Source: the human T2T-CHM13v2.0 reference genome, Homo sapiens | Assembly (NCBI RefSeq): GCF_009914755.1 | Contig: NC_060926.1 | Direction: 5' to 3' (one strand) | DNA: 64,000 nt | Part shown: positions 42,518 to 59,560 of the stretch, in pieces | How positions within the stretch are numbered: position 1 is the stretch's first letter | Layout of the letters: every line of letters begins with the position of its first letter | Made by a program: the position numbers and the translations under genes | Notes under the pieces: model-generated | What the model saw: the letters and a program-made list of their open reading frames with translations, nothing else | Database searches by the model: none | What the model was told of the DNA's origin: nothing

Positions 42518-44959
42518 CAAGTGCAAAATATTAACCAAATGGAAGTTAAGCTTTGGCACAAAATTGATTGCTGCCTCAGTGAATTAAATTCAGTGAGCTG
42601 CCTCCTTATCTTAGCTGTGCCTGTAATAATCAGCAGCACCTCCGCCTGATCTCTAGGTAAGGAAGTTGGAGGCAGAGCGAGATGGGTATTAGGTAGGATA
42701 TGCTGTTGGCAGAATATAGCTGCAAGATGATCATCTCCTTAGCGGCAAAAGAATAGCTGGCTCTTCTCCACATTCATCTCCACTAAAGAATTCACTCCCC
42801 CCACCCTTCCCACATCCACTCTGAGCACTCTGAGAGCGGCAGGAGACCACTCTGCTCTGACAATTTTCTCTGCCACTGACATTATCTCCTAATTATCTTC
42901 TCAGCAGTGACGGCCTGGTACCAGTCTTCAACTTGTGCAAAATGATTATAATACCCAATCTGATTGAGAGGAAAAGGAAATTCTGCAGTTCTTTGAGCTT
43001 CTTGGGGCTGTTACCATTTTCCCAAAGGGCCTAAATATTCACAATGATCAGAAGGGGCAAAACACACACATTACTTTAAATGACCATTACTCAGAAAACA
43101 ATAATACATTTTTCAGCCAGATGAATATGTTTATGTAAGAGGGTAACTCTTGTCTGCAGCAGAGTTTCTAAGAACCAAAGCCATTAAGTTAATGGCCTGA
43201 AACAGAACCCAAACAATGTCAGGCTCGTATTTGTTCCATGACATACACCCTGGGTGGTGGGACACACTGTAGTCTTTTAAAAAAATGATTTTTCTTTTAG
43301 AACAAATAACTTTTTCAACAGCTTTGAGGTAAGCAGCTGCAGCACATGGCATGCTTTGCTAGGGGAAGAGGCCAGTTTGGCCCAGAAATCAAGTGCTGGC
43401 GTTTAAAGGCCAACTTCGATGAGCATGTGACTGCGTCTGTCCTTAGAGAAGGAAGAGTAGCAATCACACCCCAAGTCTCCGGCCCAGCCTCAATCCCCTT
43501 CTTCCCTTGGTCTCTGGTCGCCTCTTGGTGATATAAACCAGTTCCTGGTGGCCTAAACCTCCTCTACCACCAGTGTGGAGCCAATCGGTCAGATAAATAG
43601 AGCCTGAAACCGCTCATCCTTGGTTAGCTTCCTTTGGTTTCATAAACCCAGAATCCCCGACTGGCCATGCTAGTGGTCTAAGGGGTCTTAGGGCTGTGAA
43701 TGGACAATGCTTCCACACAGATGGAAAAGCCACCCGAGTGTTTGCAGGCCTGACACCTGGGTGTAAGGACCACACACAGTGTTCCACTGCAGGTCAGTAA
43801 GCCATCCTCCTAGCCCCTTTCCTCCTCAGGGACTCTCTGGGGATAGCCCCAGTGAAGGGCAAAGGCCTGAGAATTTGGCACAATGCACACTGCAGCACTT
43901 CTTAGCGCTCGAATATATGAACAACAACTTTTAGCTCTCCAGACTGGAGCAGCTGTGTGGGTTTACTTTAACTGGGAGTCCATTGGATCTCCAGTCCTGG
44001 TGTGACTAAATTTACTGTGCAGTTCTCTAAAAACTACCTAGTTCTTTGGGGCAGTTTTCTTTCATTTTGCAAAAATAAAGTTATTAGAGCAGCCTCCTAA
44101 GCCATCAGCTTACTGGTCATTAAACCTCACAATTGCTCAGGTGAATGGATTGTCTACATTTAAAAAACATCATTAATGATTCTATTACTGGCTTTGTGAG
44201 AGGAAATGTTCGAAGAGAAGTACACTGTAACATTCAAGCTGAAATGCTCGCTTCCCTTCCAAATATACAGCAGCTGGGTGCCTCTCCAAGCCTCCTTTTC
44301 CCTCTCCTGCCCACCTGCCTTCCCCCAGCTCTGCAAGGTGCCAGCCTTGCCAGTTTCTGGACTGTGGTCGTCAGCAAGGCTGTTGCTGCTGCAAGGAAGC
44401 TGGGACACACAGGCCATCAGCTGGGCTGCCAGTTGTCATTTAAAACCTCAGGCTTCTACTATTTCTTGTAAATAACTGGGGAACAAGTGCCTCTCCCCAG
44501 TGCTAGTCTCACTTCATGCCTTCCTCAAATCAATTCAACAAAGATTTGTTGGCCAGTTACTAAGCGTCAAACAGTGACAGAGAGAAAATGCAATCCCAGT
44601 GAAGAAATAAAAAATTTATCATCACTGAGGATGTGGAAGGCTGAGGCTGGCCCTAAAAATGCCAAAATGAATGTTGCCAGCGCTGCCTTTGAGACGCCGA
44701 TGGAAGACCAAGTCCTTACCCTCAAGGAACACACAGCCTCAGAGACTCATGGGAGGACACCACCAACCTGCTGTGACAGCAGGCCGAGCCAAGCACTGGG
44801 AGCAGCAGAGGGAGCCCTTCCAAAGGCAGGGACTGTGGAAAGAGGGAGGCAGAAGCATCTGAGCTGGACTATGGTGCCTAAGATTTCAGGAGAAAGAAGG
44901 TGACACGAGAACATGATGCAGGAAGTCACAGTGTCAGCAAAATGCAGGAGGGTTTCAAG

Positions 44960-45815
<856 letters not shown>

Positions 45816-46452
45816 AAAGTCAGCAAGGATGGTGGAAAGGATCAAGGAGAGATGGGCTCCTTGATCCTTGATGTCCACAGGCTGGGCCACTTAGGGAGGG
45901 TCTTGGAGACCATGTTGAAGAGTCTGGCCCTGACTCTGCCTCATCAGACAGTGATTGGAAGTTATGGAGTAGGGAAGGCCTCTATCAGATCACTTCTCTT
46001 CCTCTGACAGAAGCCTCCCTCCCATTCTTGCTGTGGGCCTTCTTGCCTTCCAGGTGTAAGGGGTGAAGTAGAGAGGAAGAGGTGCCAGCCCAGCCTCCAG
46101 CACTCTCTTCTATGGAGTTGAAGTTCAAGGGAATTGGGGCTGAGGGTTTGTACATCTGGGTCGGTCCTGATTCTGATCACACTGCCCCGCTTTGTGACAC
46201 CAGGTCAGTTCTCCTCTGGTCAAATGCCAGAGATGGCCCCTAGAGATTATAACAATTAAAAGAATCCTCCACATTTCCACCCTCTTTGGGTAATGATAAT
46301 GTGTGTGCATGTCTATCTCCCCTAGTGGACAGTCCTTGCCTTAACAGCAGGTGTTATTTTGGTCTTCAGCTTTGCATGTCTTCAAGTTTAGCACGATGCC
46401 TTGCACAGTTTGAGCACTGACATACATCTGTTGAGTGCACATATTACAATAC

Positions 46453-46747
46453 TTTTTTTTTTTTGAGATGGAGTTTTGCTCTTGTCGCCCAGTCTGGAGT
46501 GCAATGGCGCAATCTTGGCTCACAGCAACCTCAACCTCCTGAGTTCAAGTGATTCTCCAGCCTCAGCCTCCGGAGTAGCTGGGATTACAGGCGCTCGCCA
46601 CCATGCATGGCTAATTTTTGTATTTTTAGTAGAGATGGGGTTTCGCCATGTTTGTCAGGCTGGTCTTGAACTCCTGACTTCAGGTGATCCACCCGTCTCG
46701 GCCTCCCAAAGTGCTATGATTACAGGCGTGAGCCACCACGTCCGGCC
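46453..46747 (-). mobile_element. AluS element
   Basis: Full reverse dimer. Confidence 0.9.
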
Positions 46748-47901
46748 AACAATACTCTTTATTTTTCTACCTTATATGTAAATATTATTTTTAAGTTCCA
46801 TAGTCAAAGAGAGCAGTAGCAATCCTCATGCCAATACAAACTCTTCCCAGTTCTTCCACTCAGTCACCTTAAATTTTACTTAACTCCTAGAACACTAAGA
46901 AATCTAGCAAAGAGTGCCGATGTCTGCAACAGTTCTTATTCGCTAATGCAAAAACAGCAAAATCCCTAAGAGGATTTAAAGATGTTTATCCAAGCTCATA
47001 CTTGTCAATGCAGAACAAATTCATAAATAGATAAGTCTGAAGCTGGATTTCAACATTGACAGATTCTAGCTTTTGCAGCAAAGCCATTGTCACAAGCACC
47101 ACCTTCTTTCTGGGGCCCAGCATCCAGGCTTCACCTTGCCACCAGGTGGATGCACAGGAATAAATCAAGACTGGCTGCTGGAGCCTCTATCACAGCCTGC
47201 ACACCCTCTGGGGTACTGGAAAACACATGGCCCAGAAATAGCTCATGGTTGGCAAGGAAGTAGGAGAATGTAACACCTTTCTATTTCCAATATGAAATTT
47301 ATACCTGGAGTGGGACTCTGGAGGATTGAGACTGCTCTCCAAATCTTACTCACAAGATTAACCAGGACTGATGCAAAAGAAAGAACTAGACAGGCAGTAA
47401 CTAGTAGCAGAGTCGGGCACTGTTCTTGGAGCCAAGAAACCCAGTTCCTGGACCTGGGTCCACTGCCACTAGCCATGTGACATTGGGCAAGCCACCTAAC
47501 CTCCCTAAGCCTTGCTCGTGCCTGCCTTGCTTACTGCTTGTGGCAGTCAACTAAGTTAACATATACAGATGTGTGTTTTAAACTCTAAATCACTGTGCAA
47601 GCTCAGCTAGAAATTATTGGCAATGCCAGGGATGTGGGGGTCCATGCCCCCTCCCTGAGCACCTGGCATAAGGAGCCTGACAGCAGGTGGACACCGCGAG
47701 GAAATGATCTTTGGGTGATCTCACCGTTCCCACTCAATACTATTCCCGAAAGAGACCCAGAGAGCTGTGTTCCTTTCTGTCGATAATGAAGTGAGCCCTA
47801 AGAATAAATGTTTCACATTTATTGTTCTTTAAATAATAAAGCAATTGATATTCACTACAGAAAATAACAGAGAGCAAAAACAAGAAAATGTACATACTCA
47901 C

Positions 47902-48245
47902 TGTCTTAGCTTGGGCTGCCATAAAATACCACAGACTGGTGGCTTAAACAACAGGAATGTATGTTCTCACAGTTGAGTTCTGGGGTGCAGGGCTCTCTTC
48001 CTGGCTTGTGGGCTCGGCTGCCTTTTCGCTGTGTGCTCACATGGCTTTTCCTCGGTGTGTGTGCACAGAGACAGCTTTCTTCTTGTCTCTTCTTGTGAGG
48101 CCACCAGTCCTATTAGAGTAGAATCCTATGATTGCATTTAACCTTAATTACTTCCTAAGAGCCCTATCCTCAAATACAGTCACACCAGGAGTTAGGGGTT
48201 CAACATATGAATTTGGAGGTAGGGGGCACAATTCAGTCTATGGCA
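47902..48245 (-). mobile_element. MLT1A-like solo LTR
   Basis: tgtcttag...ggctgccataaaataccacagactgg...attcagtctatggca. Confidence 0.8.
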
Positions 48246-48353
48246 CCCAATAGTCTCACCCGCCTAGAGAAAACCACTATTTATACCTTGATATATCTTG
48301 TCTCCTTCTTCTAAGCACATAATTTTTTTTTTGAATGAGATCATACTATGTAG

Positions 48354-48674
<321 letters not shown>

Positions 48675-51012
48675 TAGATTACTTTGTAACCTGCTTTTAT
48701 CACTTAACAGTGTATGATCATAGTCTTTCCACATCATCAAACATTTCCCCAACATCGCTGTTAGTAACTTTGTAAATTCTTTGGCATGGCTATACTATTG
48801 TTCCTATGGTCCCTAAATTTGGACTTCTGGTTTCTTACCAACTTTACTCAGAGTGCTGAAAGAAAGGCCCTTGACTATTTCCTGGGAATGAAATGATGGG
48901 TCAGTGGGCACATACATTTCTAAAGATTTTAATGAGCAGTGTCAGAACATTTGGACCCATTTATGCTCCCAGTAGTAACAAATAAAAATGTGACTTCACT
49001 TTTTCAAGAATAAACTTTTTATTTTGGAATATATTTGTATCTACAGAAAAGTTGTAATTATAGCATGAGGAGTTTCTGAAAACACCTCACCCAGTTTATC
49101 CTAATGTTGATATATTACCTGACCATTGTGCATTTGTCAAAACTAAGAAATTTAAATTGGTATGTCATAATTAACTAAACTGCAGACTTTACTCACATTT
49201 CACCAGTTTTTTCCACTAAGGTTCTTTTACTGTTCCAGTATCCAGTCCAGGACACCACACCATATTTTGTGTGGCATCACTTTTTAAATCTTATTTGTTA
49301 TCAACTGCAAGAAAGTCCCTGGTGCTTTGGGGGCTTGCTGTCTGTGATGCTAACTAGTGGTTATTCATTGCTTTGGGGTATGTCTTGTTTCTGCCTATAT
49401 TTGTTTCATCAGCAAAGTTTACTGTTGTATAGGGCAGTGCCAGAGATTTAGAGAAAGTGACCATGGTGGCTTACTGCCCCCACCCTAACTTTGTAAAGAG
49501 CCAAGGGGAAGGCTCTCTATGTGGGAAAGGACATATGTGTGTTCCTACTGCATCTCCCATGTGAATGTCATGCAGGAAACATTTATAAACAACAGCACCA
49601 AAATTGGATTTTGCTCTATATTTGGAAAAATTTGGCCCTTCATTACAAAGCAAGCTGATGCTATCTTATTTAGTTCATTCTTTTGCTCATCTCCTGTAAT
49701 CATTAAATTACAGAGCCATATTTCCAAAGCTCTAAGAAAAAAAATGGATTAGGAATAAAATCTTTTAAGCTCCTTTAGAAAAGCTCTGGATTCATTTATG
49801 AATGGTGGATGCAGATCCCAGGGAATGATCTATTCTGAGCCATCCTGGGTGAAAGATTGGCGTCATTTTCCGTAGCTCTACAATGTTCACTCTCTAATGC
49901 AGAACAAGGATGGTGCCTTTAATATTTTGTTCCTGGATGTATTCCTGATTGCTGCATGACCCAATCCCCAGGGGCAAAAGTGAACGAAGGAGTGAGAAAT
50001 GATATACGTGAATGATCAGGAGGAAGACAAAAATTTTAAAACCCAGGGAAACAAGGCTGCTGTGTTGTTTATCAGACTCCTCTGAATAAGGCCATTTTGA
50101 TCATGTGGACTTATTCCTCACCTTTCTCAGAACTGTCAAACTGAAAAAGTCTTTGTTCTTTCCTTAGAGAGGCCTGTTTCTCTTAGATGACTCGAAAACT
50201 TAACAAATAATCAGTGAGCTATTAGAACAGCTCTCCCACCAGCATTCACAGGCTGTTATCTTCCTAGCTCCAAATCTGTCTGAAACCATGATTGATTCAC
50301 TTATATTTTCATTTCCCCTCATTTTCTCCGAGAGTCCAATTTGGACTCTTTTCAGCAAGGTTCATTGGGGACACCTATTTGTTTCTCTGGGCAGTCCAGT
50401 TTTGCCTTAGGATTTCCCCCAGAGTCACCAACTCTCATTCCGGAGGAAAGTGCTGTAGGCTGAGCTCCCAGGTTCAGCTGGGGAATCTTCAGGAAGGACT
50501 CTTCTGGAGAGCGCTGCTGTGACTATTTTCCTCCCAGACAGCTCTGCCAGGATGTGGCTCTGCAGGCCAGATTTGCATTCCAAATACAGGGCCCATTTGC
50601 CTCATTATGTCTTGTGTCTTTATTAAGAATGAGGGGAAATTAGAGCAGAAGAACATTTCTAACATGGTGCTATTGAAATCCCCCAGCAAGCCATCTCCTA
50701 CTCATGGAGCGCTCCACATTGTCCTCACTTCTATGACCAGAAGACAAGCCCCTAATGGTTGCCTAAAGACCCAGGGCAAAGTGACCTACCTGGTTCAACA
50801 CCCATAACTCACAGCTCACTAGCATGAGCTCAAACTCTGCTTCCAGCACCTTCTAGCTTGCAACAGCATCCTTAAGATTGGCTTATTTACAGCCAGTTTG
50901 GGGACCAAGGATTGAAACAAAGTGGCAACAGAAACAGACCAAATTTCTCTCTACAGCTTCCTGAGAAAGCTGTCCTTCCCAGCCTTCTCAATAATCAAGA
51001 GTAGATGTCTAG

Positions 51013-51356
<344 letters not shown>

Positions 51357-51947
51357 TAAACATTTTATATCTCTTGTCTTTGATGAATTCCATCAATAAA
51401 GATGTTTTTACGGTGCCAGGCACTCATATCAGTATCTTAAAATTTGGCCCCCTATTTTTCCTACCAAAGATACAGCAAAATCTTAGGGATCTCTTTATTC
51501 ATAACAATTAGAGCATCTGAAATTCGCTAAATAATTATTTCATCAGTTTAATTCAAATAAAGTCAAGATGTACCAAAGCCTATGCCTAAGAAAATGATGC
51601 TAAATGTCAGAAATGCCTTATAGGCATGAACTCAGGAGGCTCTCCCTGCCACCTTCCTCTAATGCATTCAGGGAAAGGGAGTTTGTCTCCCGTCTGCTCT
51701 TAGTCCATGCTGCAGCCCACATCTCCCTGCCCTGCCAGGTCACCTGGTCCCTTCCTCTAGTCTCTGCTTCTCCTTGGCCCTTTGCTTGTTGCACTACTAG
51801 TTACAACCTGAAACTTTGGGATCTCCTTCCTTCACATCCTGGGTGTCAGGGAGTGGGTAATGCCAGGGGAGGATGGGTGTCCCCCACCTGCTGATTCTCT
51901 AATACAACACTGTGGTGGTAGCAGATTCAGGGGTGGTAGTGCACAGC

Positions 51948-52396
51948 TGTTACTGAAACACCAGGGTTCAGTCTAGGTCCTACTGCTGGCAGCATAGAAA
52001 GCCAATCACTGAGACAACAATTATGGCCAAAGAGAAGGCTTTAGTTGGGTGCTACAGCCAAAGAGATGGGAGCTCGGTCTCAAATCCATCTCCCTGACTG
52101 ACTAAAATTAGGGCTTTATAAAGCAGGGAAGAAATGTAAATATATATGGGAAAATAGGAACTCAGGAGGGGTAAGGAAGTAATCTCGATGAATGAGGGTC
52201 CTGGCATCTCATCGTCTGGACGCAATGATCTAGTAAGCTTCAGTTCTTTGATACTTTTGAGAGTCCTGGGGATCCTTTCCTGAGGAAAGAACTCAGATAC
52301 AACAACGTGAGTTTCAAGCTTTAAGACCAGAAGCGTCAATTTCTATGTGTATCAAAACAAAACAAAACTGTCTATGGGAGTATTGGGTTGATTTCA
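51948..52396 (-). mobile_element. ERV1 solo LTR (LOR1a-like)
   Basis: TG...CA ends, 4-bp TSD CAGC; minus strand begins tgaaatcaacccaatactcccatagacag. Confidence 0.8.
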
Positions 52397-52714
52397 CAGC
52401 CGTATCAGTTAGGATTGGGTTCAGCTATGTTGATGCAGTTTAAGTCAGTCAGTCTAGCACAAAGTTTACAAACACAAATTGTTATTATATTAAGCCCAAA
52501 TTAATTAACTTTGGGCAAAATAGCTAATCTCTCTGTGCCTCATTTCTTATCTGTAAAATAGGGATAATAATAGTACCTGCTTCATAGAGTTGGTAGTAAG
52601 AGAATTAACTTAGTACATAATCCAAGCATTTAAAACAGTACTTGACATGCAATAAGTGATTATTATGATAAAACAGGAAAACAAAAAAAAACAAAGAATT
52701 TTATTTATCTCTTA

Positions 52715-53071
<357 letters not shown>

Positions 53072-53224
53072 TCATAGTACTGTTAGACTTAGACTCCTAT
53101 CTTTCTGTTGCTTCTTCAAGATTACCTCATAACACAAGGTAAGTGCTGGAGCTCCAGTCATTGCATCCAAATTGCAGTCTAGAAGGAGGAGGAAAGGCAG
53201 ATGGGCCAAAAGAGGTTATCTTGA

Positions 53225-53536
<312 letters not shown>

Positions 53537-53963
53537 TAAACTCCCTTTAATTAGTCTTCCTGGGATTCTGACATAACACTTCTGCTTACATTTATTGCCC
53601 AGAACTTGAACACACTTCTTAAATTTTATTGACCAGAACTGGGTCACATGACCATGACATGCTGCAGGGGAAGCTTGGAAGCTCTTTATTCCAAGTGATA
53701 AGGGGCCCAACAAAAACTGCTAAAAAGGCAGGGAAGAGTAGACATAGGGAGACACAGTCTGCCGACACCACGGCACAGCAAACAGCCTAAGGGTGGATAT
53801 CAGGCTTCTCTTTTCCAAAGCTCCTCAGCCATTCCCTCCCACAGGGGAGTTTTCATCAGCTACCATTCTCTCCTTCTGCTCTAACTTACCTGTATTACTT
53901 AGCTCAGGCCTTCTCTAGACCCTTGTCACACCTACACCCTTCTCACATCTTCCTCTTTTTTTC

Positions 53964-54348
53964 TGTGAAAGGAAAATAAATCTTGGGGTCCCCAAATCAC
54001 TAAGCTAAAGGGAAAAGTCAAGCTGGGAACTGCTCCCATTCTATTCAAAGTCAGCCCACTGCTCACTGAGATAAATGCATATCTGACTGCCTCCTTTGGA
54101 GAGGCTACCTATGACCTGGAAGCCCCTCCCTGATTTGAGTTGTCCCGCCTTTCCAAACTGAACCAACATTCATCTTACATATGATGATTGATGTCTCATG
54201 TCTCCCTAAAATGTATAAAACCAAGCTGTACTCTGACCACCTTTGGCACATGTTGTCACGACCTCCTGTCACCGGCACACGTCCTCAACCTTGGCAACAT
54301 AAACTTTCTAAATTAATTGAGACCTGTCTCAGATATCTGGGGTTCACA
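53964..54348 (+). mobile_element. MER4A-like solo LTR
   Basis: tgtgaaaggaaaataaatcttggggtccccaaatcactaagctaaaggg...ggttcaca. Confidence 0.85.
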
Positions 54349-55044
54349 CTTTCTAGTCTCAGACCACTCCAGAAACTCCAAATTCTCCTTGGTGTAGTAC
54401 TGAGCAATTCATCTTCCTCTTGACACTGCCCTCACCTGTATCTGAATGCCAAGGGGCCCTGCGATGGCTGGGACAAATCTTTCTCAACCAAAATGCTCAT
54501 CAGAGCAACCAAAGCATTTTTCTAAATCAAAGAATAACTGAAGCTGGTGGACTGAATACAGGTATTTACTCCTGCCCCCTCTCCAACTCCTCTAATTCAT
54601 CGGTTATAGATTTATAAAGGATACAAGCCCATGGGGACAAACAATGAACTGGAGAGGAGACAACAGCAATGTTCTGGAAACTGGAAAGCACATGGAGAAG
54701 TGGTCCATGATTTAGGCAGTTCCAAGAAAGTTGAGTGATAAGCCAGCAGGTGGAAAAAAAACACACAGCACTCCCTTTTACAGCACACTCACAAAGGCCA
54801 GGATTGGGTAGTAGCAGTGAGTGGGGAGCCAGAAACAGGAAGACTGGTGGAAAGGCTGTTTAAGAAGGAGTTGGGGCCAGGCGCGGTGGCTCACACCTGT
54901 AATCCCAGGACTTTGGGACTACAGGTGCGCAGGAGGAGCTGGGACTACAGGTGTGCATTTTTACTGTATTGTTTACTTTGGTAGATGTAATAATGATGTC
55001 TGTGTTGGACAATGTCCTTATTTATTGGATTGTATGCATAAGCA

Positions 55045-55714
55045 CTGGTGCTCCTTGACTTAAAACAGGATTACGTTTCAGTAAACCCATCATAAATTGA
55101 AAATGTTGTAAATTGAAAATACATTTAAGCCAGCCATGTTGACTCACGCCTGTAACCCCAATACTTGGGAGACTGAGGTTGGAGGATTCTTTGAGGCCAG
55201 GAGTTCAAGACCAGCCTGAGCAACACAGCAAGGCCCCATCTTTATAAAAAATTTTAAAATTAGCCAGGTGTGGTGGCACACACCTGTAGTCCCAGCTACT
55301 TGGGAAGCTGAGGTGGGACACTTGAGCCCAGGAGGTTGAGGCTGAAGTGAGCTGTGATCAAGCCACTGCACTCCAGCCTGGGCAACATGTTGAGCAAAAC
55401 CTTGTTTCAAAAAAAAAAGAATATGCACTTAATACCCCTGACTCACAGAACGTCACAGCTTAGCTTAGCCTACTTTAAACATGCTCAGAACACTTGCATT
55501 AGCCAACAGTTGGGCAAAACCATCTTATACAAAGCCTATTTTATAATAAAGCATTGAATGTCTCATGTAATTTATCAAATACCATACTGAAAGTAAAAAT
55601 GGAATAGTGACATGGGTACTCCAAGTATAGTTTCTACTGCATGTATATCAGTTTTGCATCATTGCAAATTCAAAAAAATCATTAAGTTGAACCATATAAG
55701 CCAGGGACCATCTG
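55045..55714 (+). mobile_element. MER47A-like (Tigger) DNA transposon interrupted by an AluJ (55129-55420)
   Basis: gctccttgactta...aaacccatc...agcctactttaaacatgctcagaacac...gggaccatctg. Confidence 0.75.
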
Positions 55715-56431
55715 TATTTATACGTGAAGCATCTAATGTCCATAAATTTCTTTAAAATTTTGTCCACTTTTCTAAAAATCTCAGGAAAAATAGATGCATC
55801 AGATATGCCAAAATGTTAAGAATTTTTTAATCTAGGTGTGGGGAAGTATTGGGATTTCATTGTCCTATTTCTTCTGTTTTTTCTTTTCTAGTTTTTCCTT
55901 TTCATAATAAAAAGTCCAACCAACCAAAAACAGTCAGGGAATGACAAAATAAACTGTGACGGAACTTCTCCAAATTCCACCAGAAGAAAAGTAGGCAAGA
56001 AGAGGTCAGTTTGGTGGCTCCTGCAGTCATTTCTACCTGAGTCCACAAGGGCCAGTGAGAGCTGGGGAGAACCAGTTCAAGACCCCTGGGAAAGTCAAGA
56101 TTCTAATCCTGGAAAGTTCACGCCCAAACTTCAAGTTCAGGGCAGGACAGATTGAAGTTGGGGGTCACAGAGCATGGTTCAGAGCTTGGCAGTGAGAATT
56201 CAAAGCCAAGGATGGAGTTTCAGGAAATTGCTTTGAAAACTGATGGATGGGTAGGAGAGGTCAGGCACATGCTGTAACCACTAAAAATTATGTTTACACA
56301 AGTCACTCATTGGGGCATGATTTGTTATAGTAAAAAAAATTAAAAGAATGTTAGTTGTTTAGGGAACTAGTTGAATAAACTAAAATAAAGCCACACAATG
56401 GAGTAATGGGTGGCCATAAAAAGCAATGAGA

Positions 56432-56723
56432 GGCTGGGCACGGTGGCTCACACCTGTAATCCCAGCACTTTGGGAGGCCAAAGTGGGTCAGCATTTTGAG
56501 ACCAGCTTGGCCAACATGGCGAAACCCTGTCTCTACTAAAAATACAAAACTTAGCCAGGCGTGGTGGCAGACACCTGTAATTCCAGCTACTCAGGAGGCT
56601 GAGGCAGGAAAATCGCTTAAACCCGGAGGTGGAGGTTGCAGCGAGCCAAGATCGCACCATTGCACTCCAGCCTGGGCAACAGGAGCAAAACTCCATCTCA
56701 AAAAAAAAAAAGAGAAAAAAAAA
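56432..56723 (+). mobile_element. AluS element
   Basis: Dimer; TSD aaaaagcaatgaga. Confidence 0.9.
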
Positions 56724-57396
56724 GCAATGAGAAAAAACTCTAATCACGGAAATGGGATGGTTTCTAGGATATACTGGCAGAAAAAAGCAAGGTATAGTAT
56801 ATGTTACTTTTCATGTGGGAAGGAAGGGGTAATATATGTAAGTACCTGAAAGACACACCATAGACAAATAAGCACGATTACTTACAGGAGGAGAAAGAGA
56901 CTGACAGAGGAAAGAGATTGAAGCTTACCTATACATATGCCTATTATATATTATAGTTTCAACTTTGGAATTATGGTTTACATATTCAAAAATTAAATGA
57001 AAAGAAAAAAGAGGCTTATAAGGACTGAAATCATGTAAGAAAGTATTGTGATATTAGGTATAAAGGTGACACACATCTTATGTTCAAGCCTTTGCATGGG
57101 ATACTGACTGGGAGGAGGTACATTACAATGCTCTGTGGTTGCTTTGAAGAATGGGACTGGGTGTTTTCCTCTTCTTTCTACTTGCTTATATTTTCAAAAT
57201 TATCTTTCATGAGTCTGAGTTCACTTAATAATGGTGAAAAATAAGAATGTGTTTTTAAGAAGACATGTTTGTGTTATGCATGAGAAAATCTGGCATTTGT
57301 ATGGCCCTTTTAGAGTCTGTTCACTCTCATATGTAGCTAGCCACTTAATTCTCACAACTCTAACAGGCAGACATTGTCTTTAAAATCAAGAAGACG

Positions 57397-57761
<365 letters not shown>

Positions 57762-58471
57762 TCAGTGCTTTTTGCCATGGTTGCTTCCATCATTTTGGTG
57801 GCCCTTGTTTTGCTCAACTTCTGAGCATCCAGTCTCTTCCTCTGGCCAGAGGTAAGATGACAGTGTCCCAGGAAGAGCCCTGGGAATCTCATGAAAAATC
57901 TAAGCAGGTGAGTTTTGAGACATACGCATTATGGAAGACTCAGAATGGCTTTGATAAGCATTGTAACCTTCCAGATTAAATAAACCGTCTTCCAACAGAA
58001 ACCAATCTTTTGTTATTAATTCTGAAACGGCCCAGGAGCAAATACAACTTGCAACAGTAGAAGGTTCATTCCTTTTACTCTGCAAGTGATGGGATCCACA
58101 AGATGTCAACAAGCTGTGAACATGCACACAAAGATGCGAGAGGCAAGGGGAAATGTTCTCACGTATCCAAGGGACAGGAGCCGGGCTCATTTTGGGAACT
58201 CAGGGATAAGAGGACAGACCTTCACAAATCTTGCTTACAGTAGGGTCCCAGAGCTCCAGGGAGAAATGGAAAAGGAATTTTTGACATGTCAGCACTGTGA
58301 ACATTACTGACTCGAAGAGAGACACCAAGGGTGCCTCAACCACTGGGAGCTCTGCCTGGGCAGGAATCGCCTCACCCTCAGCATCTTTTCAATGTTCATT
58401 GCCTTGTAAGGCTCATCTTTTGTGAATTGCCTGTTCATATCCCTGGCCCGTTTTTTAATATTGGGTTGTTC

Positions 58472-58799
58472 TTTTTTTCTTTTCTTTTTTTTTCTTTTCT
58501 TTTTTTTTTTTTTTTGAGACAGGGTCTCACTCTGTCACCCAGGCTGGAGTGCAGTGACTGCATCACAGCTCACTGCAGCCTTGACCTCCTGGGCTCAAGT
58601 GATCCTCCCACTTCAGGTTTCCGAGTAGCTGGGACCATAGGCATATGTCACCACACCTGGCTAATTTTTGTGCCTTTTATAGGGACAGGATCTTGCCCCG
58701 TTGGCCCAGGCTGGTCTTGAACTCCTGGACTCAAGTGATCTGCCCTGCCTCAGCCTCTCGAAGTGCTGGGATTACAGGCGTGAGCCACCGCGCCCGGCC
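58472..58799 (-). mobile_element. AluJ element
   Basis: Full reverse dimer. Confidence 0.9.
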
Positions 58800-59409
58800 T
58801 GTCCTTTTCTTTTTTATTTGTGGAAGTTCTCTATTGTAGATACTATTCCTCTGAGTAACGTGATGTTAAAATAGGGCTCTTTCAGCTTCAATTCTAATCT
58901 TCAGTCAGAGCTACTGACATGTTATATAGCAAATACCAAAGTGAGAGTGAGGCTGGCTCTCCCATGCAGCATTTATTTATTTATTTATTTAGCCTTTTGA
59001 CCAGGAAACACATGCAGAATTTACAAAGAAAATTTCAGAAACAAACTAGTTCAATAATTCTTAGACTCCTCAGTCACATCAAGAATAATTAAAGGGTAAG
59101 AGTGTGGAGACAGAAGAGAAATTTCTGAAGAGATTTTGATGGAGAGAAACTTGTTGCTGCACTGTGAGCAGTTCCCATCCCCTCTCAGCTTAGGTGCACA
59201 GGGTTGCTTTCTCCTTTGCCGGAATCCTAGGGAGAATGGGCTTCTATGACACTACTCAGGAAGCTTGATACGTCTCTCCCTACAGTTGGGGGTCACCATG
59301 GACCAGGGTCTGACTCCTGCCTTAGAAACTCAAGTACCAGCAACCTTCCACTCTTTGAGTTCTTCAGGACAAAGGATGCATCAGTGTTTCTATGGACAAC
59401 ATGTGAGCA

Positions 59410-59560
59410 GGCTGGGTGCAGTGTCTGTGGTCCCAGCTATTCAGGAGGCTGAGAAGAGAGGATCGCTTGAGCCTGGAAGGTCGCGGCTGCAGTGAGCCAT
59501 GATCACACCACTGCACTCAAGTGTGGGCAACAGAACGGGACCCTGTCTCAAAAAATAAAA
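59410..59560 (+). mobile_element. FRAM/Alu right monomer
   Basis: Single monomer with A-tail. Confidence 0.8.
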
